From the NCBI GenBank assembly GCA_963803635.1, contig CAWDNJ010000001.1, forward strand, positions 344,668 through 408,667: a stretch of DNA of 64,000 bases, read 5' to 3'. The notes beneath the pieces were generated by a model. That model made no database searches, was not told where the DNA came from, and worked only from the letters and a program-made list of their open reading frames with translations. Positions 54,044-63,189 of this stretch are shown here, piece by piece (within the stretch, counting starts at the first letter, position 1; each line of letters starts with the position of its first letter). The DNA is from an uncultured Acidobacteriota bacterium (GTDB lineage Bacteria; Acidobacteriota; Terriglobia; Acidiferrales; UBA7541). Made by a program: the position numbers and the translations under genes.

Positions 54044-55480
54044 ATGCCGAAGTTCTCAACTGCTTTTGGAATCGGCAAGACGCAGGCCGAGCTCGATTTC
54101 GTTGACGTATCGCTGACGACTGACAACCGCCTATTCCTCGATCCCTTCGCTCTCTCACAAAGGTCAGACCGTTGGTCAGAAGACGCGCACCGTACGGTGG
54201 TCGCATTTTTTCAGAGCCTTGTGGATGACATTCGGCGGGGCAATGATGATAGACCTCGGCGGCTCCTTCTGAATTTGCGTGAACCCAATGAAACACGACT
54301 CGGCTACTCAAGGCGGCACCCCCAAGGCACGGGGATCGGCGTCATGCAGGCAGAACAGCTCTTTGAAGCGCTCCGGGACTCGGCTGCGGTTAAAACGGGA
54401 TTCATTAACTCGCTCGAAGAGTCGGAGCTGATGATCGACGGAATCAGTTACGACAAGATCTCCGACCTCGCCACGAACATTCTTAGGGCTCACCTGGCGG
54501 ACTACACGCTTCAGCAATGCAACCTACACTCCATACCGACTCAGGAAGTCGCGATGCCGCCGTGCTTTAACACTGACCGAATGGAGTGGGAGGCGCGATA
54601 TTTGGCGCTGCCCATTTATCGCGGCTCTCCAGTGTTACTGGTTCCTAAAACCATTGTCAGACGAAGTCCCGCTTACGAGCAGCAACGCTACTACCAGCAT
54701 TTCGTCCTCAGTTTTCTGCAGCAGGAAGAACTAAACAATCCCGCGTCACGTCTAGCGAGGACCTTAAAGAATGAGAGGCGGGTAGTCTATAAAACCGATC
54801 TCGCGGCCGTATATCCGCGGGCGAAGGGCTTCCTCTATGATTTCTCACGCCAGCATCCTGAGGTGCTGCGCGGCTTTCGGGAGTGGCTGGCGGCAAGTGA
54901 AGCGCGCAGAACAACGAGTGATGTCGACGAAGAAGACGAGGCCTTCATTGCGTCCGCTCTAGCAGAGGCCCTTCGACACATCCCGGTTGGCGGCGAGAAT
55001 GCGTCTGAATATCACGGCCTGATGATAGGGATGGTAGAGTTTCTTTTTTTCCCTAACCTGGTGCATCCACGGAAGGAACATGAAATTCATGAGGGTCGGA
55101 AGCGCATTGATATCCTCATGGAAAACGGCGCGAGCGCCGGCATCTTTCACCGGATACCTACGACCCGCAGGTTGCCATGCGCCTATGTCCCCTTCGAATG
55201 CAAGAACTACGCCACCGAAGTTGCGAATCCGGAGCTGGACCAGCTCGCGGGTCGTTTTTCTATTAACCGCGGCAAGATGGGCTTCCTCTGCTGCCGACAC
55301 TTTGAAAACAGGGAATTGTTTGTTCAACGGTGCCGCGACACATTCACAGATGACCGCGGTCTCATAATTCCGCTGGATGACACCACGATCCTGCGGATGC
55401 TCCGGTCGATAGAGGACCACCGTCGGAACGACCTGGACGCCGCGCTCTCCGATCTAGTCGCAGAAGTATGGGCGGGATAG
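54044..55480 (+). CDS. Unknown N-terminal region (~330 aa) fused to a PD-(D/E)xK / Mrr-cat-like nuclease core (478 aa)
   Basis: The C-terminal pattern is a helix with Glu (EYHGLMIGMVEFLF), GRKRIDILMEN (Asp), YVPFECKNY (E-x-K), then ELDQLAGRF and KMGFLCC. A sampled line gives about 52% GC. REP clusters flank both sides. Confidence 0.7.
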   Translation: MPKFSTAFGIGKTQAELDFVDVSLTTDNRLFLDPFALSQRSDRWSEDAHRTVVAFFQSLVDDIRRGNDDRPRRLLLNLREPNETRLGYSRRHPQGTGIGVMQAEQLFEALRDSAAVKTGFINSLEESELMIDGISYDKISDLATNILRAHLADYTLQQCNLHSIPTQEVAMPPCFNTDRMEWEARYLALPIYRGSPVLLVPKTIVRRSPAYEQQRYYQHFVLSFLQQEELNNPASRLARTLKNERRVVYKTDLAAVYPRAKGFLYDFSRQHPEVLRGFREWLAASEARRTTSDVDEEDEAFIASALAEALRHIPVGGENASEYHGLMIGMVEFLFFPNLVHPRKEHEIHEGRKRIDILMENGASAGIFHRIPTTRRLPCAYVPFECKNYATEVANPELDQLAGRFSINRGKMGFLCCRHFENRELFVQRCRDTFTDDRGLIIPLDDTTILRMLRSIEDHRRNDLDAALSDLVAEVWAG

Positions 55481-55560
55481 GAGGCTTTCCTGATTCGCGG
55501 CCTTTTCATACCCGCGCGCCCACGTTTGTCGTGCTTGGCCGCCTCATCCAGAGTTAATAC

Positions 55561-55610
55561 AAACCCGCCCGGCCTGAAAGGCCGCCGCTACGAAGGCAAC
55601 AGCACTGCCG
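55561..55610 (+). repeat. REP family C copy (aaacccgcccggcctgaaaggccgccgctacgaaggcaacagcactgccg)
   Basis: It is nearly identical to 15572-15620. Confidence 0.8.
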
Positions 55611-55867
55611 GGAGCTCACGGAGTCGAGGTTTTTCCCCCTGGCCGTTTCCTGTACTGCAGGGCAGTTGATCCGCGCTTGCGCAGTGGTAGCGTGGTAGGA
55701 GCTATGCGCGAACGCGGAACATTATCGGCGAGCGGAGATCGAAAAACGTTCAGGCACCGAGGAGTGTTTCTGCCCTACTTGTGCCAGCGACAGACATCGG
55801 CCGAAGGATCGGCGAATCGCGCCGCCTCCCTGCCACGAATCACCAATCGCCGGTCACAAATCGTGCA

Positions 55868-55897
55868 ATTTCTAATCGACATTTGGCGATTAGAAAT
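55868..55897. repeat. Perfect 11-bp inverted repeat hairpin (atttctaatcg N8 cgattagaaat)
   Basis: Read directly from the sequence. A third half-site, ttctaatcgac, lies at 55934-55944. Confidence 0.75.
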
Positions 55898-55960
55898 GGC
55901 TGCAAGTCACAGAAAACACACGATGGGTGCACGTTCTAATCGACACGGTAAGGGGGGAAC

Positions 55961-56005
55961 GCGAAGAGAGATTCTTCGGGCAGAACCCGCCCTCAGAATG
56001 ACGGC
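55961..56005 (-). repeat. REP family A terminal-type unit, inverted
   Basis: The reverse complement, gccgtcattctgagggcgggttctgcccgaagaatctctcttcgc, parallels 52580-52615. Confidence 0.75.
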
Positions 56006-56171
56006 TGCCGAACGCAACGACGCCAGTATGGCGACTCGACGGCGCCGGAAAATCGCGGCAGACACCACAGCGCCCGCTCGCTGCGGAACCGATACCCTCG
56101 ATGTGGACCACGGCAAGACTGCCGGGCTAAAGAACCCGGCGCTACGCGCAAACCTACGGCAAAGAGCCCGA

Positions 56172-56951
56172 TTAGTTCGCGGCGGACTGGCGCGCCGCCA
56201 CGTGTGTGCGGGCGGGGCCGGACGCCCAGGCGATGGCGATGTCGAGCTCGTCGTAGGCGAAGCTTTTCACCTCGGCCTTGATGAAGACATCCGCGAGCGC
56301 CGGAGCGATGCTGGCCAGCTTGCTATCCGCGGCGAATGCGATTCGCTTGACGTGACGCTGATGGTCGCGGACGAACCGCAGGTGGCGCAGCATGCTTCCC
56401 ATATTTTCCCAGCCGGGAAACTCGCGGACGTGGATCACGAGCCCCTGCAGGTCGCCATGCGCTTCGATCCAGGCATCGGCGGTCATCGCGAGCGCGTCGA
56501 AATCCTGGGCGCGCAGCGCTTGCTTTGCTTCGACGACGATCACGCCGGACTCGGGGATGAGGCGGTGAGAAACGGTGGCGCCTTCGGGAAGAGCGGCGAG
56601 CCATTCGACGGCCTTGCCGAATTCCTGATTGCTGAATACCTTCGCCGGGCATGGCATGAAAAAGCCCATCAAACGGGTCGATTCGCGGATCCAACCGATG
56701 TCCGTGACGACGGCGCAACCGTCGAAGAGGCGCATCGAATGGAGGCCGATCTTCGCGTCTTCCCACGCAGCCGCGGGTGTAAAGCCCTCGAACTCCGGGC
56801 CGAGCTGATACAGGAAGCGGAGGCGGCGTCCTTCGCGGCGCGCTTCATCCATGAGCGGAAGGCAAACCTTTTCGTAATCTTCTTTCGAAAGCTTTCCGAC
56901 AGCTTTCATTCCATCGATTCCCTTTGGGAGACCTTCAATTTTCTCGAGCAT
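56172..56951 (-). CDS. Tandem STAS/SEC14-like (SpoIIAA-like, DUF3478-type) domain protein
   Basis: ATG at 56951 (AAGAGG upstream). The two homologous halves are ...GKLSKEDYEKVCLPLMDEARREGRRLRFLYQLGPEFEGF...FDGCAVVTD... and ...ALRAQDFDALAMTADAWIEAHGDLQGLVIHVREFPGW...VKRIAFAAD... Confidence 0.7.
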   Translation of the reverse strand: MLEKIEGLPKGIDGMKAVGKLSKEDYEKVCLPLMDEARREGRRLRFLYQLGPEFEGFTPAAAWEDAKIGLHSMRLFDGCAVVTDIGWIRESTRLMGFFMPCPAKVFSNQEFGKAVEWLAALPEGATVSHRLIPESGVIVVEAKQALRAQDFDALAMTADAWIEAHGDLQGLVIHVREFPGWENMGSMLRHLRFVRDHQRHVKRIAFAADSKLASIAPALADVFIKAEVKSFAYDELDIAIAWASGPARTHVAARQSAAN

Positions 56952-57024
56952 GGGACCTCTTTTCTGCTGCTGGGCGACAGCGAGAACATGATAGCACCGG
57001 CGGATCAAAGGCAAATGCAACTGA

Positions 57025-57058
57025 CCACCGCAGAGACGCAGAGATGAGAGACCGAGAG
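57025..57058 (+). repeat. REP family B fragment (ccaccgcagagacgcagagatgagagaccgagag)
   Basis: It is intergenic, between the STAS-like gene and hemH. It resembles 34720-34740 and the inverted copy at 3925-3960. Confidence 0.6.
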
Positions 57059-58054
57059 CTAGATGGCGAGTTCGGCGACGCCGGAGCGGTGGCCTACGGC
57101 GCGCAGGGTGAGGTCGGCGAGGGCGCGGATCAGGAGCGGCGAATCGTTGAGCGCCGGCATCATGTGAAAATCGCGGACGCCCAGCGATTCGGCCTGCTCG
57201 CGCGCCTCGATATTGATTTCGTGCAGCGTCTCGATGTGCTCGGTGAGGAACGCAATCGGGATCACGAGCATGCGGCGCACGCCTTCACGCGCCAGCCGTT
57301 CGATCGTCCCCGTAAGCGACGGCTGCAGCCACTTCTGCGGGCCGACCTTGCTCTGGAAACACAGCGTGTGCGGATTCTCCCACGCGCCGAGCTCGCAGAC
57401 GAGTTTTACGGTGTCCGCGATCTGCTGCGGGTACGGATCGCCCTTTTCGACGAGCGTCATCGGCAGGCCGTGCGCGCTGAAAACGAGATGCACGTCGTCG
57501 GGGCGCGGCAACTGGCAGAGAACGCTGTTGGTCCGCTCGACGATTCCCGTGAGGTAATCGGGATGATCGAAGAAATGATCGATCAGATGGACCGGGACTT
57601 TCGGCTTGTAGAGGCGATTCCATTCCTTGAGGCTGCTGCCGGTGGTCGCGAAGGAATAGTGCGGGTAGAGCGGAAGCAGAACGAGTTCGTCGAAGGGGCC
57701 GGCCTCGAGCGCGGAAATCGCCTCGATCGTGTTCGGGTGCCAGTAACGCATGGCGACGACAACGCGCGCGGGAATCACCGGACGCAACGCGGCTTGGAGC
57801 GCCCGTCCCTGCTGCTCGGTGAGACGGCGGATCGGCGAGCCTCCGCCGATTTCGGCGTACTTGATGCGAGCGCTCTTCGAGCGGAAAGTCGAAATGCCCT
57901 TTGCGAGGAGCTTGCGCGCAAGAAACGAGCCGGGAAAATTGATGATGTCGGGATCGCAGAAAAGATTATAGAGGAAAGGCTCGACGGCTTCCTGCGAATC
58001 CGGGCCGCCCAGCTGAAACAGGACGACGGCGATATTTTTCGTTTCCGGCATCAC
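57059..58054 (-). CDS. hemH: Ferrochelatase
   Basis: 331 aa. Motifs are VVLFQLGGPDS, YAEIGGGSPI, RYWHP, LPLYPHYS, FSAHGLP and IAFLTEHIETL. Confidence 0.92.
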   Translation of the reverse strand: MMPETKNIAVVLFQLGGPDSQEAVEPFLYNLFCDPDIINFPGSFLARKLLAKGISTFRSKSARIKYAEIGGGSPIRRLTEQQGRALQAALRPVIPARVVVAMRYWHPNTIEAISALEAGPFDELVLLPLYPHYSFATTGSSLKEWNRLYKPKVPVHLIDHFFDHPDYLTGIVERTNSVLCQLPRPDDVHLVFSAHGLPMTLVEKGDPYPQQIADTVKLVCELGAWENPHTLCFQSKVGPQKWLQPSLTGTIERLAREGVRRMLVIPIAFLTEHIETLHEINIEAREQAESLGVRDFHMMPALNDSPLLIRALADLTLRAVGHRSGVAELAI

Positions 58055-58236
58055 CCACGCTCTGAGCTATAAGATGCCACAAAGCCGCGCGGGGAAGCTA
58101 CGAAAAGTCGGAACGGGCCAATCTGAGGTGGGACTCGGGCCATCCGCGGGACGCGGAGGTAAGCCCGGAGATCGTCTTGGCAACTTGTGGCGGTCCGGTA
58201 TTGACGCCTCCCGGCGAAGGTGGCTACAGTCGTATC

Positions 58237-58458
58237 GTGGCGGTGAAAAAGATTCAGGTCGGGCAGGTTTGGAAGAAGGACGAGGGCGGCGAGTCGTTTC
58301 TCGTCACGAAAGTCTACAGCGAGGCGCTCGCGACCTTCGCCGTCCTGCGCAAAGCCGGATCGGAAACCGAGCCGCCGGTGCGCGTGAAGGTTTCCAGGAC
58401 GGGCGCCGCCGCGAGCCTCCCCGGATTCAGCTACACGCAAGAGTCCGGCGAATTCTAG
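58237..58458 (+). CDS. Small hypothetical protein (~73 aa)
   Basis: I prefer the GTG at 58237 within ORF 58177..58458. VAVKKIQVGQVWKKDEGGESFLVTKVYSEALATFAVLRKAG looks like a small beta (SH3-like) domain. The start codon is uncertain. Confidence 0.45.
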   Translation: MAVKKIQVGQVWKKDEGGESFLVTKVYSEALATFAVLRKAGSETEPPVRVKVSRTGAAASLPGFSYTQESGEF

Positions 58459-58493
58459 CGAATCCGCCGGTCCCCCTAATCCATCCTGTCGCA

Positions 58494-59201
58494 CTAAAAT
58501 CGGAAAATAACGCCGAGATTCGCCTGGCCCTGATGGGCGTAGTTGTTCACGAGCGCGGTATAGCAGCCATAAAACGGATCGCAATACTGGCCGTATCCTT
58601 GCGTGGTGCGCGAGGGCGAGTAGCGAGCTTCAAGGCGCAAGCCAAAGTGCGGGGTGAAAAAGTACTTCACGCCGCCGCCGACGTTATAAGTGAATTCGTT
58701 GCCGAGATCGATGATCCCGTTCGTGTTGTAGCTGGTGAAGCCGAGGCCGGCGACCGCATAGGGCTGGAGCTTCGAACCCGGCTGGAGAAACTGGTAAAGG
58801 AAACTCCACTGAAACATATCGAGGCTGGCCTCGCCGATGCGCGATGAGCCGCTGCCGGGAACGTGCCCGCCTATTACCGTGGGTTGGTTGTTCCACATGA
58901 ACTCCGCCTGGGCGTGCGGGAACACGTCGACATCGAGCATTGCGCCGTAGTCCCATGTGCTTCGAATGGTGAGGTAATCGACGTTCGGGTCTGTGGCGGA
59001 ACCAGCGTCGATTACGCCGCCGAAACGCGAGCCGCCAAACGGAGTGATCTCGACGCCGCGCTTCCAGAAACCACCGTTGCCGTAGCTGTCACTGGAACTC
59101 CACTGAGCATTGGCGCTCGATGCACCAAACGTGAGAAACGCGAGAGAAAGTATGGCGAGATAGATAAATTTGCGTGATGACATGAGCCTCTTCCCTTTCA
59201 C
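58494..59201 (-). CDS. Outer-membrane beta-barrel protein (OmpA-like 8-10 strand barrel family)
   Basis: It has a signal peptide (KFIYLAILSLAFLTFGASSANAQ), alternating beta-strand patterns, and the C-terminal GQANLGVIFRF ending in Phe. An alternative start lies at 59183. Confidence 0.8.
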   Translation of the reverse strand: MKGKRLMSSRKFIYLAILSLAFLTFGASSANAQWSSSDSYGNGGFWKRGVEITPFGGSRFGGVIDAGSATDPNVDYLTIRSTWDYGAMLDVDVFPHAQAEFMWNNQPTVIGGHVPGSGSSRIGEASLDMFQWSFLYQFLQPGSKLQPYAVAGLGFTSYNTNGIIDLGNEFTYNVGGGVKYFFTPHFGLRLEARYSPSRTTQGYGQYCDPFYGCYTALVNNYAHQGQANLGVIFRF

Positions 59202-59476
59202 CTAAGATTTGGGCGCATTGGCGGCGGGCGATCAGCGACTTAGCGAGACGCTCTCGCCCGCGGCCGCTGGAGGCCCACTATCATGAGAGCATTTTGCCGG
59301 GCCTGCGGTTGCATCACCGAGGCGCGAGTTGCCAAAACTGTGCCCCCCGCAAGGCAGACTACGCCCAAGGATCAAACACGGTGTTACGGCGAAAGTTGCG
59401 CCGCCGATCCCTTGAAATGCAGGGCGCGGAATTTGGAGAAACTTACGCGGCGCGTTTTTTGTTAGAATGACCTCGC

Positions 59477-62400
59477 ATGGCATCCTCAGCTTCGCCGGAT
59501 TTCGTCCACCTACATCTGCATACGGACTACTCTCTGCTGGACGGCGCTTGCGAAATCGGCGAGCTGACGCAGGAGGCTGCGCGCCGCGGGATGAAAGCGG
59601 TCGCGGTGACCGACCACGGCAACCTCTTTGCCGCCGCGAATTTCTACCACAAGGCAACGACGCACGGCGTGAAGCCGATTATCGGGTGCGAAGTCTATGT
59701 GGCACCAGACAATCATAAGAATCGCGGGTCGGATGCGGAACGGTCGAACCATCTCGTGCTGCTGTGCGAGAACGACGAGGGCTACCGCAACCTGATCCAG
59801 CTGGTCTCGACCGGATTCCTCGACGGCTTCTATTACAAGCCTCGCGTGGATCACGAGCTGCTGGCAAAGCACAGCAGCGGGCTGATCGCGCTTTCGGCGT
59901 GCCTGCGCGGCGAAGTGGCCGATGCGCTGCTGAGCGAGAAGTACGATCAGGCCAAGACGAACGCGTACCGCCTGCGCGACATTTTTGGCAAAGGCAATTT
60001 CTTCCTCGAAGTGCAGGACCAGGGACTTGAGGTCGATCCGCGAATCAATCGCGATCTCGTAAAGCTCTCGAAAGAGAGCGGCATTCCGCTGGTGGCGACG
60101 AACGATTGCCACTACCTGACGCGCTCGGACGCTCATGCACAAGAAGTCCTGATGTGCATCCAGACGGGCAAGACGATGAGCGATTCGCAGCGGATGAAAT
60201 TCGCGACGGATCAGTTTTATTTCAAGACGGCGGAAGAGATGGCGCAGGTGTTCGGCGAGCTGCCGGAAGCGCTGAGCCGCACCGTCGCGATCGCCGACCG
60301 CTGCAACGTGAAGATCCAGCGCGTGACGAATCCCTTCCCGGAATTCAAGGTGCCCGAAGGGCTCGAAGCGGATTCGTATTTTGAGAAGGTGGCGCGAGAG
60401 GGATTCGCGGCGCGCGTGCCGCTCCTCGAGCGGCTGGCCAAAGCAGGTTCGCTGCGGCATTCGCTCGCGGAGTACGAGCAGAGACTGACATCCGAAATCC
60501 AGATGATTCAGAAGATGCGCTTCGCGGGCTACTTCCTGATCGTGTGGGATTTCATTCGCTACGCGCGAGCGCAGGAAGTGCCGGTGGGACCGGGACGCGG
60601 CTCGGCTGCGGGCAGCCTGGTGGGCTACGCGCTGCAAATCACGGACGTCGATCCGCTGCAATACGATCTGCTGTTCGAGCGATTCCTGAATCCCGAGCGG
60701 GTCTCGATGCCCGATATCGATATCGACTTCTGCATGCGGCGGCGCGGCGAGGTGATCGACTACGTCCGGCGGACGTATGGCGAGAAGAACGTGGCGCAGA
60801 TCATCACGTTCGGGACTATGGCGGCGAAGGCGGTGTTGAAGGATGCGGGGCGCGCGCTCGACATGCCATACGGCGAAGTGGACAAGATCGCGAAGATGAT
60901 CCCGACGACGCTGAATATCGAGCTCGAGGACGCGCTGAAACAGACGCCGCAGCTCGAATCGCTGCGCAAGACGGACGAGCGCGTGAAAGAACTGGTCGAA
61001 GTGGCGCTGCGGCTCGAAGGGCTGGCGCGGCATGCGTCGACGCACGCGGCGGGCGTAGTGATTTCGCCACAGCCGCTGACCGAGATCGTGCCGCTGTACA
61101 AGTCGAACAAAGACGAAATCACGACGCAGTACGACATGAACGCGCTCGAGCGAATCGGCCTGCTGAAGATGGATTTTCTCGGGCTGACGACGCTGACGGT
61201 GCTCGATGATGCGGTACGGCTGGTGCAGCAGAATCGCGGCGCGACTCTTGATCTCCCCGCGCTGCCGCTCGACGATAAGGCGACGTACGATCTTTTCTCG
61301 CGCGGCGACACGACGGGCATCTTCCAGTTTGAGTCGCATGGGATGCGCGACATTTTGAAGCGGTATCAGCCGACGCGGCTTGAGGATTTGACGGCTCTCA
61401 ACGCGCTGTACCGTCCCGGGCCGATTCAGGGCGGGATGATCGACGATTTCATCGCGCGCAAACACGGAAAGAAGAAGGTGACATACGATCTGCCGGAGCT
61501 TGAGGAGTTCCTGGCCGAGACGTGGGGCGTGATCGTCTATCAGGAACAGGTGATGCAGATCGCGAACAAGCTCGCAGGATTCTCGCTGGGGGACGCGGAC
61601 CTGCTGCGGCGTGCGATGGGCAAGAAGAAACCGGAGGAGATGGCAGCGCAGCGCGAGAAGTTTTTGGTGGGCTGCCAGGCGCGCAAGGTGCCGGCGAAAA
61701 AGGCCGAGAAGATGTTCGACCTGATGGCCGAATTTGCCGGATACGGATTCAATAAGTCGCACTCGTGCGCGTACGCGCTGCTGGCGTATCAGACGGCGTG
61801 GCTGAAGACGCATTACCCTGTGGAATTCGTGGCCGCCATGCTGACGTCGGAAACCGGGAACACGGACAAAGTGGTGAAGTACATCAACGAGGCGCGCAGC
61901 ATGGGGATCACCGTGCTGCCGCCGGACGTCAATTCGAGCGACCTGAACTTTACGCCGGTGGCCGACAGCATCCGGTTCGGATTGGCGGCGATCAAGAACG
62001 TCGGCGAGAACACCGTCAAAGGAATTCTGGCGGCGCGGGAGACGCTGGGCCGATTCACGAGCTTTTTCGAGTTTTGCGAATCGGTGGACCCGCGGCTGCT
62101 GAACAAGCGCGTGCTGGAAAGCCTGGTCCGCGCCGGGGCGCTCGACGGACTGGGCGCGCATCGAGCGCAGATGATCGCGGTGATCGATCGCGCCGTGGAG
62201 CGCGCGCAGAAAGTGCAGCGCGCAAAGGAAAGCGGGCAGCACGGCTTGTTCATGGGCGGAGGACAGGCTGCGCCGGTGGAGGCGCCGGCGGAAGTGCTGC
62301 CGGAGGTGCCGGAATGGCCGGAGCACGAACTTCTGGCGGCGGAATACGGCACACTCGGTTTTTATATTTCGGGGCATCCGCTCGATAAGTACGCGGGGCG

Positions 62401-63004
62401 GCTGAAAGATTTGCAGGCGGTCGAGATTTCGACCATCGAGGGGCGGCGCAACGGCGAGGACATCGTGGTCGCCGGAATCATCGTCCAGACGCGCCCGATG
62501 CGATCGCGGCGCGGCGCGAAGTGGGCGATCCTCACGCTGCAGGATCGGACGGGCGTGATCGAGGCGCTGGCCTTCCCCGAGGCGTTTCAAAAGCTCGAGC
62601 CGGTCTTGAAGACGGCGACGCCGCTGCTGGTGAAGGGGCGCGTGGCGGTGGAGGACGTTGGGACGCGGGTAATCGTGTCGGACGCGCGGCCGATCGAGCG
62701 AATGATGGAGCAGAGTGCGGCGAAATCCGCAAATGGCGCGAATGGTACGAATGGCGTGAATGGCGGCGCGCCGAGCCTGCTGCGCGTGCGTGTGGTACTG
62801 GCGGCCATGGACCCCGCTGCGATCGACCAGCTGCAGGAACTTTTTTCGAGCCATCCGGGGCGATGCAAGGTGGCGTTTGAGCTGGTGACGGACGACGGCA
62901 GCGAGGCTACGCTTGAAGCGTCGAGCGCGGTGCAGGCGGATGGCGAGCTTCTGGAGCGCGTGCGCGAAATCTGCGGGAATGATTCCGTCGCGGTGATGCA
63001 GTGA
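59477..63004 (+). CDS. dnaE: DNA polymerase III alpha subunit
   Basis: 1175 aa. The PHP domain is [16 protein letters not shown]. The polymerase core has PDIDIDF and [10 protein letters not shown]. It also has an OB-fold region. Confidence 0.95.
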   Translation: MASSASPDFVHLHLHTDYSLLDGACEIGELTQEAARRGMKAVAVTDHGNLFAAANFYHKATTHGVKPIIGCEVYVAPDNHKNRGSDAERSNHLVLLCENDEGYRNLIQLVSTGFLDGFYYKPRVDHELLAKHSSGLIALSACLRGEVADALLSEKYDQAKTNAYRLRDIFGKGNFFLEVQDQGLEVDPRINRDLVKLSKESGIPLVATNDCHYLTRSDAHAQEVLMCIQTGKTMSDSQRMKFATDQFYFKTAEEMAQVFGELPEALSRTVAIADRCNVKIQRVTNPFPEFKVPEGLEADSYFEKVAREGFAARVPLLERLAKAGSLRHSLAEYEQRLTSEIQMIQKMRFAGYFLIVWDFIRYARAQEVPVGPGRGSAAGSLVGYALQITDVDPLQYDLLFERFLNPERVSMPDIDIDFCMRRRGEVIDYVRRTYGEKNVAQIITFGTMAAKAVLKDAGRALDMPYGEVDKIAKMIPTTLNIELEDALKQTPQLESLRKTDERVKELVEVALRLEGLARHASTHAAGVVISPQPLTEIVPLYKSNKDEITTQYDMNALERIGLLKMDFLGLTTLTVLDDAVRLVQQNRGATLDLPALPLDDKATYDLFSRGDTTGIFQFESHGMRDILKRYQPTRLEDLTALNALYRPGPIQGGMIDDFIARKHGKKKVTYDLPELEEFLAETWGVIVYQEQVMQIANKLAGFSLGDADLLRRAMGKKKPEEMAAQREKFLVGCQARKVPAKKAEKMFDLMAEFAGYGFNKSHSCAYALLAYQTAWLKTHYPVEFVAAMLTSETGNTDKVVKYINEARSMGITVLPPDVNSSDLNFTPVADSIRFGLAAIKNVGENTVKGILAARETLGRFTSFFEFCESVDPRLLNKRVLESLVRAGALDGLGAHRAQMIAVIDRAVERAQKVQRAKESGQHGLFMGGGQAAPVEAPAEVLPEVPEWPEHELLAAEYGTLGFYISGHPLDKYAGRLKDLQAVEISTIEGRRNGEDIVVAGIIVQTRPMRSRRGAKWAILTLQDRTGVIEALAFPEAFQKLEPVLKTATPLLVKGRVAVEDVGTRVIVSDARPIERMMEQSAAKSANGANGTNGVNGGAPSLLRVRVVLAAMDPAAIDQLQELFSSHPGRCKVAFELVTDDGSEATLEASSAVQADGELLERVREICGNDSVAVMQ

Positions 63005-63189
63005 GCGAAGAGACCGAGAAGCGAAAACTCGCGCGCGAGAGGCTGAAGCGCATGCGGGCGGCGCGCGCGCGGAGGCTGAAGGAAGAAAGGGCGCGCGCCC
63101 GAGCCGCGAAGGAAGAAACCGCAGCGAAAACGGCGGTCACGCACGAGGCCAAGGCTTCGCGCGCCTCAGCGGCAAAAGACCGGCAAAAG

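Noticed and set aside
55660-55730. tRNA-like fragment (gcgcagtggtagcgtggtaggagc resembles a D-arm) that could mark an integration site next to the nuclease gene.
   Set aside because: I could not build an acceptor stem, anticodon arm or GTTCRANNC T-loop. The resemblance is limited to about 12 nt.
59441-59476. Hairpin + T-run (acgcggcgcgtttttt) and a TAGAAT hexamer 8 nt before the dnaE ATG, suggesting a terminator/attenuator, a small RNA end, or a leaderless dnaE mRNA.
   Set aside because: The stem is only about 4 bp with a 3-nt loop. No convincing -35 was found, and there is no supported upstream transcript. The evidence is too weak without transcript data.
59510-62854. A 1114-aa ORF antisense to dnaE, plus other very long antisense or alternative-frame ORFs (27576..29006, 41137..42954, 39250..40464, 30991..32238, 55677..57047, 15514..16629).
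   Set aside because: They are Arg/Ala/Pro/His-rich with no recognisable motifs, as expected for stop-poor shadow frames in ~65-70% GC DNA. Each overlaps a gene with strong family motifs on the other strand or frame.
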